Origin: Asterionella formosa
Lineage: Eukaryota
DNA: 46,661 bases
Assembly: GCA_002256025.1 (NCBI GenBank)
Contig: NKIB01014155.1
Span: 1-46,661 of the forward strand
Reading direction: 5' to 3'
Part shown: one piece after another, positions 1 to 12,470 of the stretch
Layout of the letters: every line of letters starts with the position of its first letter
How positions within the stretch are numbered: the stretch's first letter is position 1
The notes under the pieces: generated by a model
What the model saw: only the letters and a program-made list of their open reading frames with translations
Told to the model about the DNA's origin: nothing
Databases searched by the model: none
Translations under genes and position numbers: made by a program

Positions 1-1681
1 AGCAGCACGTATCACCAATTCACAACCAGAGAAGTTCATTTCACGATCATGCGCACTATACTTTCTCTTACGCAATACATAGTATTTCGGTTACGTGGAG
101 CTTGACTCCCAGCAGTTTGTGTTTATACGATGTTCCAAAAATTCCGTCCTTGCAGCTTATCTCCCAGTGGAGTTTAACTTCCGGTATTTACGGTAGCCGA
201 TATAACACGCATGGATACAGGTCAGTAACCATAAACGATGAACACCTATTGCTACTTAGCGTTTTCCTGGCCTAAACATACTAATCTAACTGACGCACCT
301 GTCGCCTGCATCGTCTCGTACATATGATATGTAGTAATTTCATATTGCTTGAATAGAGGGTTTCTTTTGAGAACGTGGATCGAGGAGGCCGATTAAAGAA
401 TTGGTGAAACTACCGGTATACAAGAACAGAGGGAGTGCGTACCAATCATCATATGGCTGGGTGCACCAGCAGAGTACATCGGGTTGCCGCCCGTAGCTTG
501 TAGTATGTTGGAAATTTAGCATCACAAAATAATTGACTTCTTGCATACATAATTTAGAGTCGTTTTATTCGATGTTCATTTCGGTATCAGTGAAGAATGT
601 TTATGAATATACCAGTCATTAATAATGACTCATGATGACTCTCGTAGCAACACATGCATGCCATTTACGCTCAGCCACAACCTTGCACTCGATCACCTCT
701 CTCACCATGATTATTACCTCCTTTTGTCATTGTTTGATCCTCACCATCTAAGCCTTGCTGTATTATCAAGCAGAAATGTCTCCTTCTTCCTGATTGAGAA
801 CAGTCCTAGCCACTTTTGGTGACAGTTTGTACCATTCATTCCATGTTCCATGCACGGATTTAATTTTCAGTTAAGAAGGGAAAGGAAAAGGAAAAGGAAC
901 AATACCAATGATAACAAGATGAACAAATCAAGGCACAGAGCGAAGTAAACACTTTCATGTTGGCATAAATCCAAGCCCATGTCTGAATAGTACAAAGAGA
1001 CAACTTGTCAAAATTGTCAAAAGCTTGCCGAGGTGAATTTCTATTTGTTTCAAAAAAGTACAAGGATGAGAGGAAGTTATCTACAACTTTCAACAAGATT
1101 CACAAGAAGGATAAGATCTGTTAAATCTGTTAACATATTGAAAAAGGTTGTGAGAAGAAGTCGAAATCAAAATTAGAAGTGGTTTAAGTGAGCAAGACAA
1201 TTGAGCAGAGTGTCTTGGAAGGGAGGATTTATTGAATTTTTTCGTGTCGACAATAGAATGCCTTTGCCGATCAAGGATTCATGGATGAAAGTTCTGATGC
1301 ATGTTATGGGAGATGCGTGATCTTTGTTATTGTGTCTTGGAACAGGAATTTGTATCCATTCAAATTGATATTCTTCACTTGAGTGTTCTGAAGACAAATA
1401 TATACCACTATACTTCTGTTCATGAACATCTTTGGAGGAAAGAAAAATAATCTTTAGAAAATGGCGCCACATTGACAGAGCGAGTTCTATTTCATAAAAA
1501 ATGAAAACGTTTATGTTATATCTAGTAGTATAATGTATATATAATTTTACTCCCCACCAGAACACATGTATAGACTCTAGCTATGTATGCCTCAAGCATC
1601 TTGTATAGTCATCCTTTCAGCAGCAAATAATGTCAAAAAACGCAACAATCAATCAAGAGTTCTATTGAATCGCCCTTACTA

Positions 1682-2075
1682 GTGAATACCAATCCTCTTC
1701 CATACAATCATGTTCCGTGCCCAACTTGTGTTGATCATGATGTCAATATCGAATCAGAAGTTGCAGGATGTGGAAATCACACCTTCTTCAAATGCTGTGG
1801 CTTTGCATGCCCAGAGTGTCAATGTCGATGGGACGAGATGGAGGAGTTTGTTGAGCAATTCATGGAAACAGACATGGTTCACCTTCGACTTCACGAAGAT
1901 GTGCGCTTTCATGCCGGGCTAAGGAAGAAACCTTATATACAAGTATCTGTTCAAGACATTCTGTGGTTCACTATGGAAAAGCATCCACACTGAACTTCAG
2001 ATTGTTGCTTGAAGAGGGTTTGTTTGCTTCTCCAGAATAAGGATCCCAAAGATGAGTACACTGGTTACCACCCAG
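1682..2075 (+). pseudogene. Degenerate Cys-rich KolX / P2X7 C-terminal (ballast)-like ORF, probably a transposon accessory-gene relic
   Basis: The ORF has CPTC...CCGFACPECQCRW. Reading through frameshifts gives RKK/YKYLFKTFCGSLWKSIHTEL/DCCLKRVCLLLQNKDPKDEYTGYHP, which resembles the R..Y....G.LG.G.R..LP.C....IR..FP....Y.GF signature. Confidence 0.5.
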
Positions 2076-3542
2076 TATCAAAAAGGATCAAACATAGTAG
2101 CAAATGTGTGTCTGTCATTTATTAATTTTATTAGTTTATAATTGCAGTCGTTATTACATGTTTGAAAATCTTCTATCATGTTTAATCTTATAAATGAATG
2201 TTCGATTTTAATCATAGGTAATGAAAAATTAAAATCCTCATTTATTTATTACATCATTACTACATTTCAAAACAATAGACAATGGCAAGATCAGGTTACC
2301 GAACTCATCTCCTTGCCTCAATTTTAAAAAAGGTGGCATGGGATGCTGTACAGTCAAAGATGTGCCTGATGAAACAAATTGATTTGACAAGCCAAAAACA
2401 ATGGCTGATACAACAGAAGTCAGACCTCCACAAACGACGCTGAATGGACATCATTTACTGTCGATAGAATCTTTGCAGCAGTTTCTACAAACCGATATTT
2501 TGCTGTAGCTAATGCAATAAAAAGTTGGGATCGAAATCGTATGACAATGGTTACCAACAAGCAATAACAGATTTACAAATGTATCTCTGCAAAGGATCTA
2601 ATGTCAACTTCTTCTTATGTTGCTTACATTGGATCAACATGTGCCTCAAAGTTTTTTGTCGGCTCATGTTGACAGAAATCAGCAACTTAGCTTTCTTTCA
2701 CATCAAAGCCCAACAAAGACAACAGGAATACCATGAGATAGCGACATGTTGGATAAATCATTGAAACCAATGCCAGGGACTCCTGTGATGCCACCAAAGC
2801 AGCAAATAATGCCTGAAGCAACAAGAATTTTGACACTGCTAGACATCATAAGCAAGCCTCAAAAAACCTCAAATAATATATGCTTTTACATTGGATGGCA
2901 TCGAAGCAGGATTGGTCATGATGCAGGGCAAACTAAAGATCAGGACATCAGTCAAAATGAACATAACAACATTAAAAAAATTTAAAGAAGAGCTATTTCA
3001 TATTTGTTCCACACAAATTTAGAGGATCTCCTCTGATGGCGACCTCACAAGAAAATGAATCATTAGAAATGGCGTATGCAGCGTTTGCGGCAGCACAACA
3101 AGGTCAACTACCCACCAACAAATGCACAATTCACAAAGTATCTTTTCAGCAATTGATTTGGGATCGTTTTTACTTTCCGAACAATTTAATCTATATTTTC
3201 ATATTTGGCCTTTGCTCAGGTAGTGCACCAAATGTATTAGTCACTACCTAGTAATTAGGTTGTCTCCACTAGAGTCTACAGCTAGTCCACAAGTGTATTA
3301 TGTTTGTGCATCCAGGTGTTGGATAATTACATTCTACAAATTTCCATATCATAAGCACTTAGTTCTGCAGGCATTCAAGAATATGGTGAACTTTTGGTTT
3401 GAAAGGAAAGTACGATAAAACACAAAGAAAAAATCACTCATCACTAGATAAGGTTGAAAGGAAACAAGATAAGAGTGCTACATATCACATAATTTGCGCC
3501 TGTGTCATACAAGTACTGACCCAGAGTTGGTTGGGAATCGCT

Positions 3543-4253
3543 TCAGAGCATCGTGTGACTGCAAGGTTTCCTGCGACTTGAAGGCCATTCTTTCTTGTAA
3601 TCGCCAACAAACATCCATCCCAAACAACGGAAGTCTTCTTTCGGTAGACCAAGAAATTCCATAAGCTCACTAGGATTCTCCAACATGCTATCCTTGTTTG
3701 CATAAATTCCGCTTGAACTCCAATATGCACCGACCTTGTGACTAGTCGCCACCAAATGCATGTTCTGGACAGCACATGACATGGAGCAAATCTCTTCTAT
3801 AACAGGGGAACTGGTGTTCGATTTACAACATAAGGCGATCACAAACGATGATTTAGTGGCACTGGAAAGCTTCTTCGCATACTTCGCTTGGCTATACTTT
3901 CCGCTTTTTTCTGAGGATTGCTTGTAAGCGTCTGCTAGGTGCTTGCCGATGTTTCTGCGACTTTCGAGGGAAGAGAATATAACAAAGTGCCAGGCTTCCG
4001 TCAAGTGATGAGAAGGAGCCCATCGTGCTGCTTCCAGCATATCCTCAAGGACGCGAGGTGAGACCTGTTCCCCGGTGTATTGCTTGCAAAAGATGGACCG
4101 TCGTTTGCGTATAAGTCCCAGTGTCCCTTCTGGACTCATGGATTCGTCTACGACCTTCTCGCCACTGGCTCCCTTTCGGTGCTTCATCCAATAAATGCCT
4201 CCCATGAAACCGGCCGCTGCTGCGATAAAAATAGTCGATGATTTAATGCTCAT
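3543..4253 (-). CDS. Nitroreductase-family FMN oxidoreductase (YdjA-like) with N-terminal hydrophobic anchor
   Basis: Motifs IRKRRSI, LEAARWAPSHHLTEAWHF and CAVQNMHLVATSHKVGAYWSS. Likely ATG at 4253 (MSIKSSTIFIAAAAGFMGGIYW). Single exon. Confidence 0.9.
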   Translation of the reverse strand: MSIKSSTIFIAAAAGFMGGIYWMKHRKGASGEKVVDESMSPEGTLGLIRKRRSIFCKQYTGEQVSPRVLEDMLEAARWAPSHHLTEAWHFVIFSSLESRRNIGKHLADAYKQSSEKSGKYSQAKYAKKLSSATKSSFVIALCCKSNTSSPVIEEICSMSCAVQNMHLVATSHKVGAYWSSSGIYANKDSMLENPSELMEFLGLPKEDFRCLGWMFVGDYKKEWPSSRRKPCSHTML

Positions 4254-6224
4254 GATGCTTTTGTTGCGATGGACTTCAACTTGGGCAAATACTGTAGCCT
4301 GATTTGGGGTTAAAATTGTGAGCAAGAGGTGTAGCCAACTAATGCGCTTCTTCATGGAATAATTCAGCAACAGGTAAATTTCGCCATTAGAATTGGCATA
4401 TTATGTTTCTTTGTGTTGTCTCCTTTTTTTAAGAACGCAGGTATAAAGCGCCCTTTTCAGTCATAAGAAATTTAGATTCAGAACCCAGTGCTATTTGGCA
4501 TTCATTGACAACAACTAAACGAAGATAAAGCGATGTAGACGAGACTGTGAAACGATACTTACAAATCAATCAATTGCATAAGAAAGGATACACGTCGAGT
4601 TCGATATGAAAGGCGCATCACCAATCTATTGTAGAGCTACTAGCGGACGTTCGTCCGCATCCTCTTCATGGGCTGAAATATGGATGGTGACCATGATTTT
4701 AAAATAGCCAATACCTAATGCCAACCGACCGGAATACGATTGATTGAGCATATGGGCTAATATTTTAAATGGATGATGGCCATATGTAATTTTATTCGTG
4801 GTCGTGGTACATATGTACCGGTATTTCTTTTGTTTACAAATGAATAAATCTGCTTGTCCAGTATGATGTACATGCCTGTACCAGGTATACTGGAACAGCA
4901 GATGTCATCTGCCTGCACTACTTCGTTGTAGTAATCTCGTTGCATAGCTACTACTGGAATGTTTTGTTCTACAACATGCATTCCACGTGTGGTTAATGAT
5001 TCCAATTCCAAATTGATTCATGTTACCTCTTTGATATTCATTTTATCCACCACTCTGGCTGACTTATTGATCCAAATTAATTCGGCTTTTATCTGATTTA
5101 GTCACAAAATTGAGAATGAATCTGTTTTGCTTTCATGACATTTTGTTTCCATTGATTTAGCAGATTTTGCTTCAAGGACAAAATTTTCCTTAATCTTACT
5201 TTACTCAAACTAATTTGCTCAAGTTTTCCGCCATTTCAATCATGAACTATAATTTTTAATGTTTATAGTAGCAATTTTACTTACTGTATGGTGTCACCAT
5301 TTTGCACTGGCTGTCATCACACCCACCCAGCCACAACCTACTAGCTGACATACTAAATATCATAATAGTACCAGTACCAATAAACACAAGCAATTGAAGG
5401 TGAAGTAAAAATATTGGACAATAATATAGATATATACTGGTATTTACCATGAATTATGTATCAACCATTTCATCACATCATTATCAACTCATGTGGTAAG
5501 CCTCTGGCAAGAACCTGATTGTTTCCATTCAATTGTGGACACTTTGTGTTCTATCAACATCAAAGGATGCACACCCATGATCACATGGGACCCTGGCAAC
5601 ACCATGTGACCAATAGAACATTTCTCCCACATAGATTAATAGTATATATAGCTATAAATTAACCGCAATTGCATAACAAAGTTAACTATATCCACAAGCT
5701 CTACTACTTGCATAGACGCTAGTAGTAAGCACGGAACTAGTAGCTCAATGGATCTGAAATGATCTAAGGATAGTGTGACTATGTAGTAAAGTACAATCCA
5801 AATATTTGATTCATTTACAGACATCTAGAACTAACAATTAGCCTAGAAGAGAGAGTACGAATATCTTCCTTTTGTTCCTCCTGCTCTCATAATTCAAGTA
5901 CCTGGTACCTATATTTACTATATCACCACCACCACCATCTGTTCCTATTTTTCGCTCCAATCAAGCCTAGTGTATCTCTTGAAATTCCAATTTTAACTCA
6001 AAGCATCCCTTCTCCCCATCACAGTACTCGATCTACTCATGAAATTAGGCCCAATCGTTTTGTTCCAGGAGGATGCCTTTCCAATGTGTTCTTTGCTAGT
6101 CATGTTGAATGTTCTGTTGTCAGGTCATCTCAATCTACAATGGCCTATATGTGTGCTGTAATGACCGACCTTTTCACTGGACTTGCTTCTTGAGTGTTCT
6201 GATCCTCCTATTTATGCCACCATG

Positions 6225-6590
6225 GCACGCAAAATGGACCCTGATAATCCTTGCTATCACGAGGAGGCTATGTCTGGGCCTGATTCATGAAGCTATGGTC
6301 ACTGAAATCTCTGTTAACCAACAAGAATATTTGGTTGCTTGTGCCCCGTTTGTCAGTCATTAACCGTAAATTTCTACCATGCACATGAGTCTTCAAGCGC
6401 AAGCTCTTTCAAGACGGTCGTGCTCACCAATGAAAAGCACGGTTTTTGTATGCGGGGATCTACAGCAGGAATGTATTGACTATTTTGAAACTTATGCCCC
6501 TGTAGTCTAGTGGTCTACTACTGTCCATGCGCTTTTGGTTATATCCATGGCTCTGGGCATTGAGACACAACAAATTGATTTTGTCAGGCC
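6225..6590 (+). mobile_element. Ty1/Copia (CoDi-like) reverse transcriptase fragment, pseudogenised
   Basis: Manual translation gives DPDNPCYHEEAMSGPD..AMVTEI..VPR...LPCT*VFKRKLFQDGRAHQ*KARF/..RG/QQECIDYFETYAPVV*WST...TQQIDFV. These are RVT_2 N-terminal motifs, interrupted by stops and frameshifts. Confidence 0.85.
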
Positions 6591-7538
6591 GATATTACAG
6601 AGAACTCTACTACATTGTGATGCCTGAAGACTTTGGTGACCATCAAGGTTGTCATGACATGGTAATCATACTGTGATAATAGTCTATGGTGATACCCAAA
6701 ATTGGCTGATAGCCATCATTTCTTGCCCAAAGCCCGAAAATAGTACTGGATTATCTGAAAAATGCGGAATAATAAGAGCTCGCCTTATCACCCACTTCCT
6801 TTATCACAGCATCTTCCTTCCTTTGGATCGAACACGCTCCTCCAAGAAGCTCATAATTTGATTTCCATCTCCATCTCCATCTCTACCCTTTTATTTTCTA
6901 CTGTACTTTTTGACAGTGCCATCCTTGCTTCCTCTTAAGAGTCGTCAGTTTCTTCTTCAAGGCAGCAACTTTAGCGGTCAAAGCCATTAAGAACCCAAGT
7001 ATTTTTGTCAGCAATTTACATGACCAGAAAAGGAAGTAACTTACTTCTACAAGAGCTGGTCCACAGTCAAGGACATGAAGGATGATATTCAGCAAATCAT
7101 ATTTTGTTATGATAGCAGTAGCTGCCAGTATTATGTGAAGGTGTATTATGATTAAATATATATGACAAGTATATGCAAAACTTTTGTACATTTGATGTTG
7201 GACTATGATAGATACTACTATGTTGCCACCTTTAGACATAATCTAAACCAATAGAAATTATTATGAAACAAATACATGATATTTGATCAATATGGGAGTC
7301 ACAAGCTAAAACCAAAAGGTCAGGGTTGGTAGGGTGGCAAAATTGTTTGACCACTGTGATGCATCAAGACCTGAAACTTTGATTGGCTTGGTTGTTAAAA
7401 GAATGGAGATACTCTTACAAGCTAATGAAAATTTCAGTTGAGGGAAAACGACCCCTGGCTGATAAGTTCCAATAAATTGTACTGTACTAAGCAATATGTA
7501 ACCCATCATTCTCAGAGGGTATCATGCTGAGCCTTCGT

Positions 7539-10500
7539 TCACCTGATTTTTTTAACTGCATGCAGCACCTTGTGCTCTGAAGCCTGAATTAGGGCAGCAA
7601 TTCTCTTCTCCATTTTTTCTAATTGCTTACAAATGTCCTCACAACTTTCATCCACTTTGTTGACATCGCCAAACAGTCGCATATGAACAATTTTAATGAG
7701 TGCGTGTTGTAAGTATTCAACGCAACCAATGAGACTGCCAAGTATGCTATCTCTTTGAATCTTCTCGTAGAATCTGCTGAAAATAAATTCAAGCAGGATA
7801 AAAAGCCCACCTGCAAGTACTAATGCCATAATGACATTAAAGACGGTCACAGCAAGTGATGTATCAACAGTGAATGCAACACGCAGTAAATATACCTCAG
7901 AAAAAAAGGCAGTCCCAGCCATTATCAAGATCAGGAGCCATCGGACAAGGAATAAAATGAATACAACAATCAAATTGTACTTGGTAGTATTTTCAAGTGG
8001 GTTTTTGACAGGATGAAGAAATGTCTCTAGCGCAATACTTTTAGCTAAAAATCCAACACGGGCCCGACCAAACAATAGTCTTGCTTGGCTAGTGGATAGT
8101 TCATCTAGTCAAAAGGGAAAGCAAGTGAGAATGTTTGGTCAAGAGAATTGAAAGCTTTCAGCATCTACTTACATGATCCAGAAACGACTGCAATAAGCAC
8201 ATTCAGCAAGATGATAATTCCAAAAACTGTGAAAAGGAAGAAGAGCCAAGTGGTGGCTGAGCTTTGCTGGTATGAAGCCAATTCGAAGTCTCCAAGTAAA
8301 ACAGCATCTATTTGGCAGAATGAATAAGAATCTAGTATTTCCACAAGCACATAAAAGCCCTTCAAACTTACACATCCGAAGATACGACTGTCCAATTCCA
8401 GTGGCACAGAAATCTCCCACAGCGGAATCAACAACATTATCACACAGCGCGCCGTCATTGGAATTTGTAAAGGCAATGTGCTGTAAGAACGTTAGTTGGC
8501 GATTGTACGGCATAAACACTTGATGATGATACCATATTCTTACCATCAAATCTCCAAACATCATGATCACAACTGTCAAAACAATGGAAAAGAATCGAAT
8601 GTCAAAAATGATTTTGATGGTCGATGAGATGAACGTTGACTGAAGAAAGTGAATATGTGAGTTGGTTACCGCTTCGCAAAACGACACCAACATCACGTGT
8701 TACTCACCATCTCCATATTAATGGCCTGAAGAAAAGCAAGGACCTTGAGCCACAAAAGGGCGAGAACAATTGCATCAAACGCGGTTGGGGCTCTGGCTGT
8801 GTCCTTCTGCGTTGCTGTAGAAGCGACGACAGTCAAAGTAATGGAAAGAATGTCAAAAATATTCCAGTGGTCCAGAGTGTACGACATGAGAACCTGTTTA
8901 GAAATCCGGAGAAGAGCGATCCCTTCACCAATCTTACGAGTAAGGAAGAAAATTGCAATCGCATTGACCACATACGTCGGCGTAGCTGTGTTAAAATTGG
9001 ATGGGGCTGCAGCGCTTCGAAACGAAATCATCAGCGTCAAATGGAGAACAAAATCAATTACTGCCATGCCAATTACGAAGGGCCTTGCCAATCCGAAATT
9101 CATCATATCCCAAATCACAGCAGTTGATGCTGCCCTCTCAATTTCTTTGTCTGGCAAAACAAATATGCTAGGAACCATGTTCCCTCCAAGTGAATTGAAT
9201 GCTGCCACCATGGCAGCTCTAGTTTCATTGTATAACTCGATATCATCATGAAGGGGTGTTCTGAAGTTTCCGACGTAATCAACGAATCTCAAAGACGAAA
9301 GCAGCTCAAAGTAGTCGACAGCACGCTGAGCTGGTATTCCACTCGTTCGGAGCATTTGTAGTGTCCATTTTCCAACCGATTCCCGAGTCAAAAGTGCACG
9401 CCTAACAATTGGTTGTCGCAAAAAGCAAATTCGAGTCTCTTCGTCCTCAATCAGTAGAATTGTTTTTATTAGAAACGGGATGGAAGCAACGTGAGTGGCC
9501 AAATTCGATTGAGCCAGGCGTTTATGTTGGTATTCATTTGTTCGTGGGCCTAAACTGCCCAGCAACTCGAGCCCTTTACTCAGCATATCAAAAGCCCAGG
9601 TTGTTGCTTCTGTCACTATTACAAGAGGAAATTTATCCCTACTTTCTTCTGATAAAAGTGGAGAGCTGCGTACATAATCCGCAGGTAAATTCTCAATGCC
9701 CAAAGTAAATTTGCTAATGCTTCTGTTGAGCTTCTCAACCCTATTGAATGAAGTGGTGGAAATATTACCAAGACGGGCCTTGATATTTTCAATCATTGAT
9801 AATGGGTTTAGTCTTGAATTTTCCTCTTGAAAATAAGCCATTGTAATCCATTTAAGAATCAGGGACTGGAATGGAATGCGACCAGCTTTGTCTTCGGTGG
9901 TGAGACAATCAGGGTGAACCGCCATGAGTTGCAATGCGATTTCGCGCGCAATACCCAGTCCTCGCACCGAATCTATCAATTCAAAATTTTCAGATAGCAC
10001 ATGTAATGGCAATCGGCCATTTTCATCGCACCTACTGCATGCCTCAACATCGTTCAGCAAGACATTTTGGAATTGTTCAATTGTCACGTCTGGGCACTCC
10101 AAAATATGATGCAAATGGGTCCTTGTGGAATCCCTGTGTGGCTCCTCTAGAAATAATTGAGCCTCATTGACTGCTTCTTGGTAGTTGGTATCTGAGGTGA
10201 TTGAAGCATCTGGTGCACCACTGTTGACTGGCTCGGACGACGACGTACATTCATTGTTGGATTGCAGCGATCGTTGTATGGATTTTTGTTCCGATGCGAT
10301 GTCTTCGGGAAACGTTCTGTTTTTTTGAGTAGGCGATATGTTAATGTCATTTGTTGCTTTCCCATCATCAGTCGTTGCTTGGATATTACTCAAAATGATC
10401 GTTCCGGAGAAATTAGATAAGCTCAGCTGAATTTGCGACGAACTTGACTGTGACAATGAAATTGTGGCGTCATCGCCTTCTGGCTTGAGTTCAATGCTTA

Positions 10501-10549
10501 CTTGACCAAGCGAGAGCTGCGATATTGCAAAAGCCAAATGCTTCCCCAT
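7539..10549 (-). CDS. TRP-like / ion-transport-domain cation channel, 5 exons (10549-8708, 8639-8544, 8480-8372, 8307-8173, 8104-7539)
   Basis: Four canonical GT-AG introns join the ORFs in frame. The product has ankyrin-like DENGRLPLHVL/DKAGRIPF, S3 DHWNIFD, S4 LLWLKVLAFLQ, S5 IIFDIRFFSIV..FGD, pore YAVLLGDF, S6 IILLNVLIAVVSGSY and a C-terminal coiled coil. Confidence 0.85.
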
Positions 10550-10982
10550 AAAGGCTTGGTTAAGGCAGTAACTTCAATGCACTAATGTATATCTTGCAGC
10601 TGCCGAATGATATAAAAATTGTTGTTCGGTATACGTAAGTTCTAGTATATAAATTAAGAAACCCTCCTGACAACACGGTATACTTATTTTACAGGTACCA
10701 GGTACTATATTTCACCTCCTTATCTTCAGATGGTGAAACCAAACGTGCCCAACAGCAAATGCTCAACACACAGGAGCTCACAATCATGGATTAGTATCAA
10801 TCAAAGATCAATTAATTAGTTTAATTAAGCGCCAGATATTGGAGGCATAGTAATAGTAGTACAAGCGTGAGAATGCAAATGCATGTTTCAAAATTATCAA
10901 GCATAGTCCGTCCTTTTGTATGAAAGTACGCAGACAGTTTGATTGCAACAGCAGAGCTCAACAGAATAAAAATGCAAACCAT

Positions 10983-11699
10983 TTAAAAGGAAATATCAGT
11001 AATGTGAAAACTACCAATGAAGCCCTCGTTGTCGTCCTCCAAACTCATGTCAATGGGCACTTGCGCATCGAAAAAGTCATCAGGAGCTTGCATGCACAGG
11101 CTGTCTTCTTGGTCAATAATTTTCATCATGTCACGATGGTATTCATCACCCTCTTGAGCCTGGGTTTGAAAGGCCAGTTTCTGGTTGATACTACGAGCCT
11201 TGTAGATGTCCTCTACTGCTTGCCACGAATCACGAATGTACTCCTCCATGGAACAGAGAGAAAGTTCGTCGTCCCAAAAATCTTGCTGGTTGATATAAAG
11301 TCTTCCAGCTGGCCATTCCACGTCTTCAACATGATCCTCTTGCTTAATCAAAGATGGAGTTTTTGGCAATGGCGTTTTCTGATTGCTTCGAATGGATCGG
11401 GGCAAAGTATCGTCAAATCGACCAATCGATCCCTTCGGTGTTCGAGACGAAAGAGATGGTTGGGCAGCCGGTGTTTTGGATGGTTGAAAGCTCACAGACT
11501 TCTGCGTTGTTTGGTGCAAAAAGACCTTTTGAGAGGATTGCAACGGATCTTTCCGGTTGCTAATGTCGCCAAATGCACGTCGTTTCGTGGTAGGGGTCTT
11601 GTTGTTGTCTGCCTGGCCTTTCACTGTATTCTGGCGCACATTCTCATCCTGGAAGATGCCACAGTCCATTCCCAACAACGGAGATGCATTGCTGCGCAT
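10983..11699 (-). CDS. Disordered APC/C-degron protein, candidate securin/PATRONUS-like separase inhibitor
   Basis: 238 aa. N-terminal IFQDEN (DEN/KEN-type box), D-box-like RRAFGDISN, several TP sites, an EDVEWP motif and an acidic C-terminal half. Confidence 0.65.
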   Translation of the reverse strand: MRSNASPLLGMDCGIFQDENVRQNTVKGQADNNKTPTTKRRAFGDISNRKDPLQSSQKVFLHQTTQKSVSFQPSKTPAAQPSLSSRTPKGSIGRFDDTLPRSIRSNQKTPLPKTPSLIKQEDHVEDVEWPAGRLYINQQDFWDDELSLCSMEEYIRDSWQAVEDIYKARSINQKLAFQTQAQEGDEYHRDMMKIIDQEDSLCMQAPDDFFDAQVPIDMSLEDDNEGFIGSFHITDISF

Positions 11700-12024
11700 T
11701 ATGGTGGATGGATGGATTATGGGTCACTTGGAAAGTCAGCAAGGAATATGTGAAACAACATCATAGCTCAATTGTTGGCTGTTCCGAATCATTTTTTTAT
11801 ACACATGTAAACCCAAGCGCCAACAGCATTTATCAAAAAACGGTGTTCGCCATTATTTTGTACCGGTACGACGGTGGGTACCAGGTACGAATAAGAAAAT
11901 CCGGCTCACATCATTTGTATATAATATATTTATTTATGAATATTACATTATATAGGCAAAAGTAACAAAGTAGGAACATTACGGTAGGAAAGGTACTGGT
12001 ACCGTATGTAAACCTGGTATTATG

Positions 12025-12040
12025 TAACCCTAACCCTAAC
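12025..12040. repeat. Short interstitial telomere-like repeat (TAACCC)x2.7
   Basis: taaccctaaccctaac, which reads as TTAGGG repeats on the minus strand. Confidence 0.55.
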
Positions 12041-12060
12041 AGCAAGTTTTAATGCCCTAA

Positions 12061-12470
12061 ACCAAAATGACCGAAATACACCCTACACCATCATAAATTT
12101 GAATAAGGCTTTTGATAATTCCCTGCATCCAAATCAGATCCAGACAGACCGTTTTCATCCCACCTTACTTACATGGTATATACTGAAGAACAAACAGATG
12201 AAAGAATCTCAAAAATTGACAAGAAACTAATGGAGATAGACCACAATGACCGAAATCCACCCAACAGCATCATTAATTTGAGTGAGGCTTCTGACAATGT
12301 CCTTGCATCCAAATCAGATGCAAAACAGACCATTTCCGTCTCACTGCACCTTTATAGTACAGAATGAATAACAAACAGATGAAAAAACCACAAGAATTGA
12401 CAAGAAACTCATGGAGATGGACCAAATGACCAAAATCCATCCAGCAGCATCATTCAGTTGAGGAATGCTT
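12061..12470. repeat. Diverged tandem repeat, about 180-bp unit, about 2.3 copies
   Basis: Units start acca(a/c)aatgacc(g/a)aaat at about 12061, 12240 and 12421. Shared blocks include gcatccaaatcagat, acaaacagatgaaa and aattgacaagaaact. Confidence 0.8.

Noticed and set aside
860..1565. Minus-strand ORFs of 78 and 130 aa
   Set aside because: They look like broken coding or TE relics, but I could not assign any family.
4254..4370. N-terminal extension of the nitroreductase ORF
   Set aside because: It begins at a non-ATG codon. ATG 4253 gives a sensible membrane anchor, though the in-frame ATG at 4355 cannot be excluded.
5560..5870. Possible LTR next to the Copia fragment
   Set aside because: No second copy, and no clear TG...CA ends, PBS or PPT identified.
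6700..7510. Possible gag/ORF1-like remnant (LMALTAKVAALKKKL)
   Set aside because: Only one weak coiled-coil-like motif amid many stops.
10920..11753. 277-aa plus-strand ORF
   Set aside because: It is the antisense shadow of the minus-strand degron-containing gene and has no recognisable motifs.
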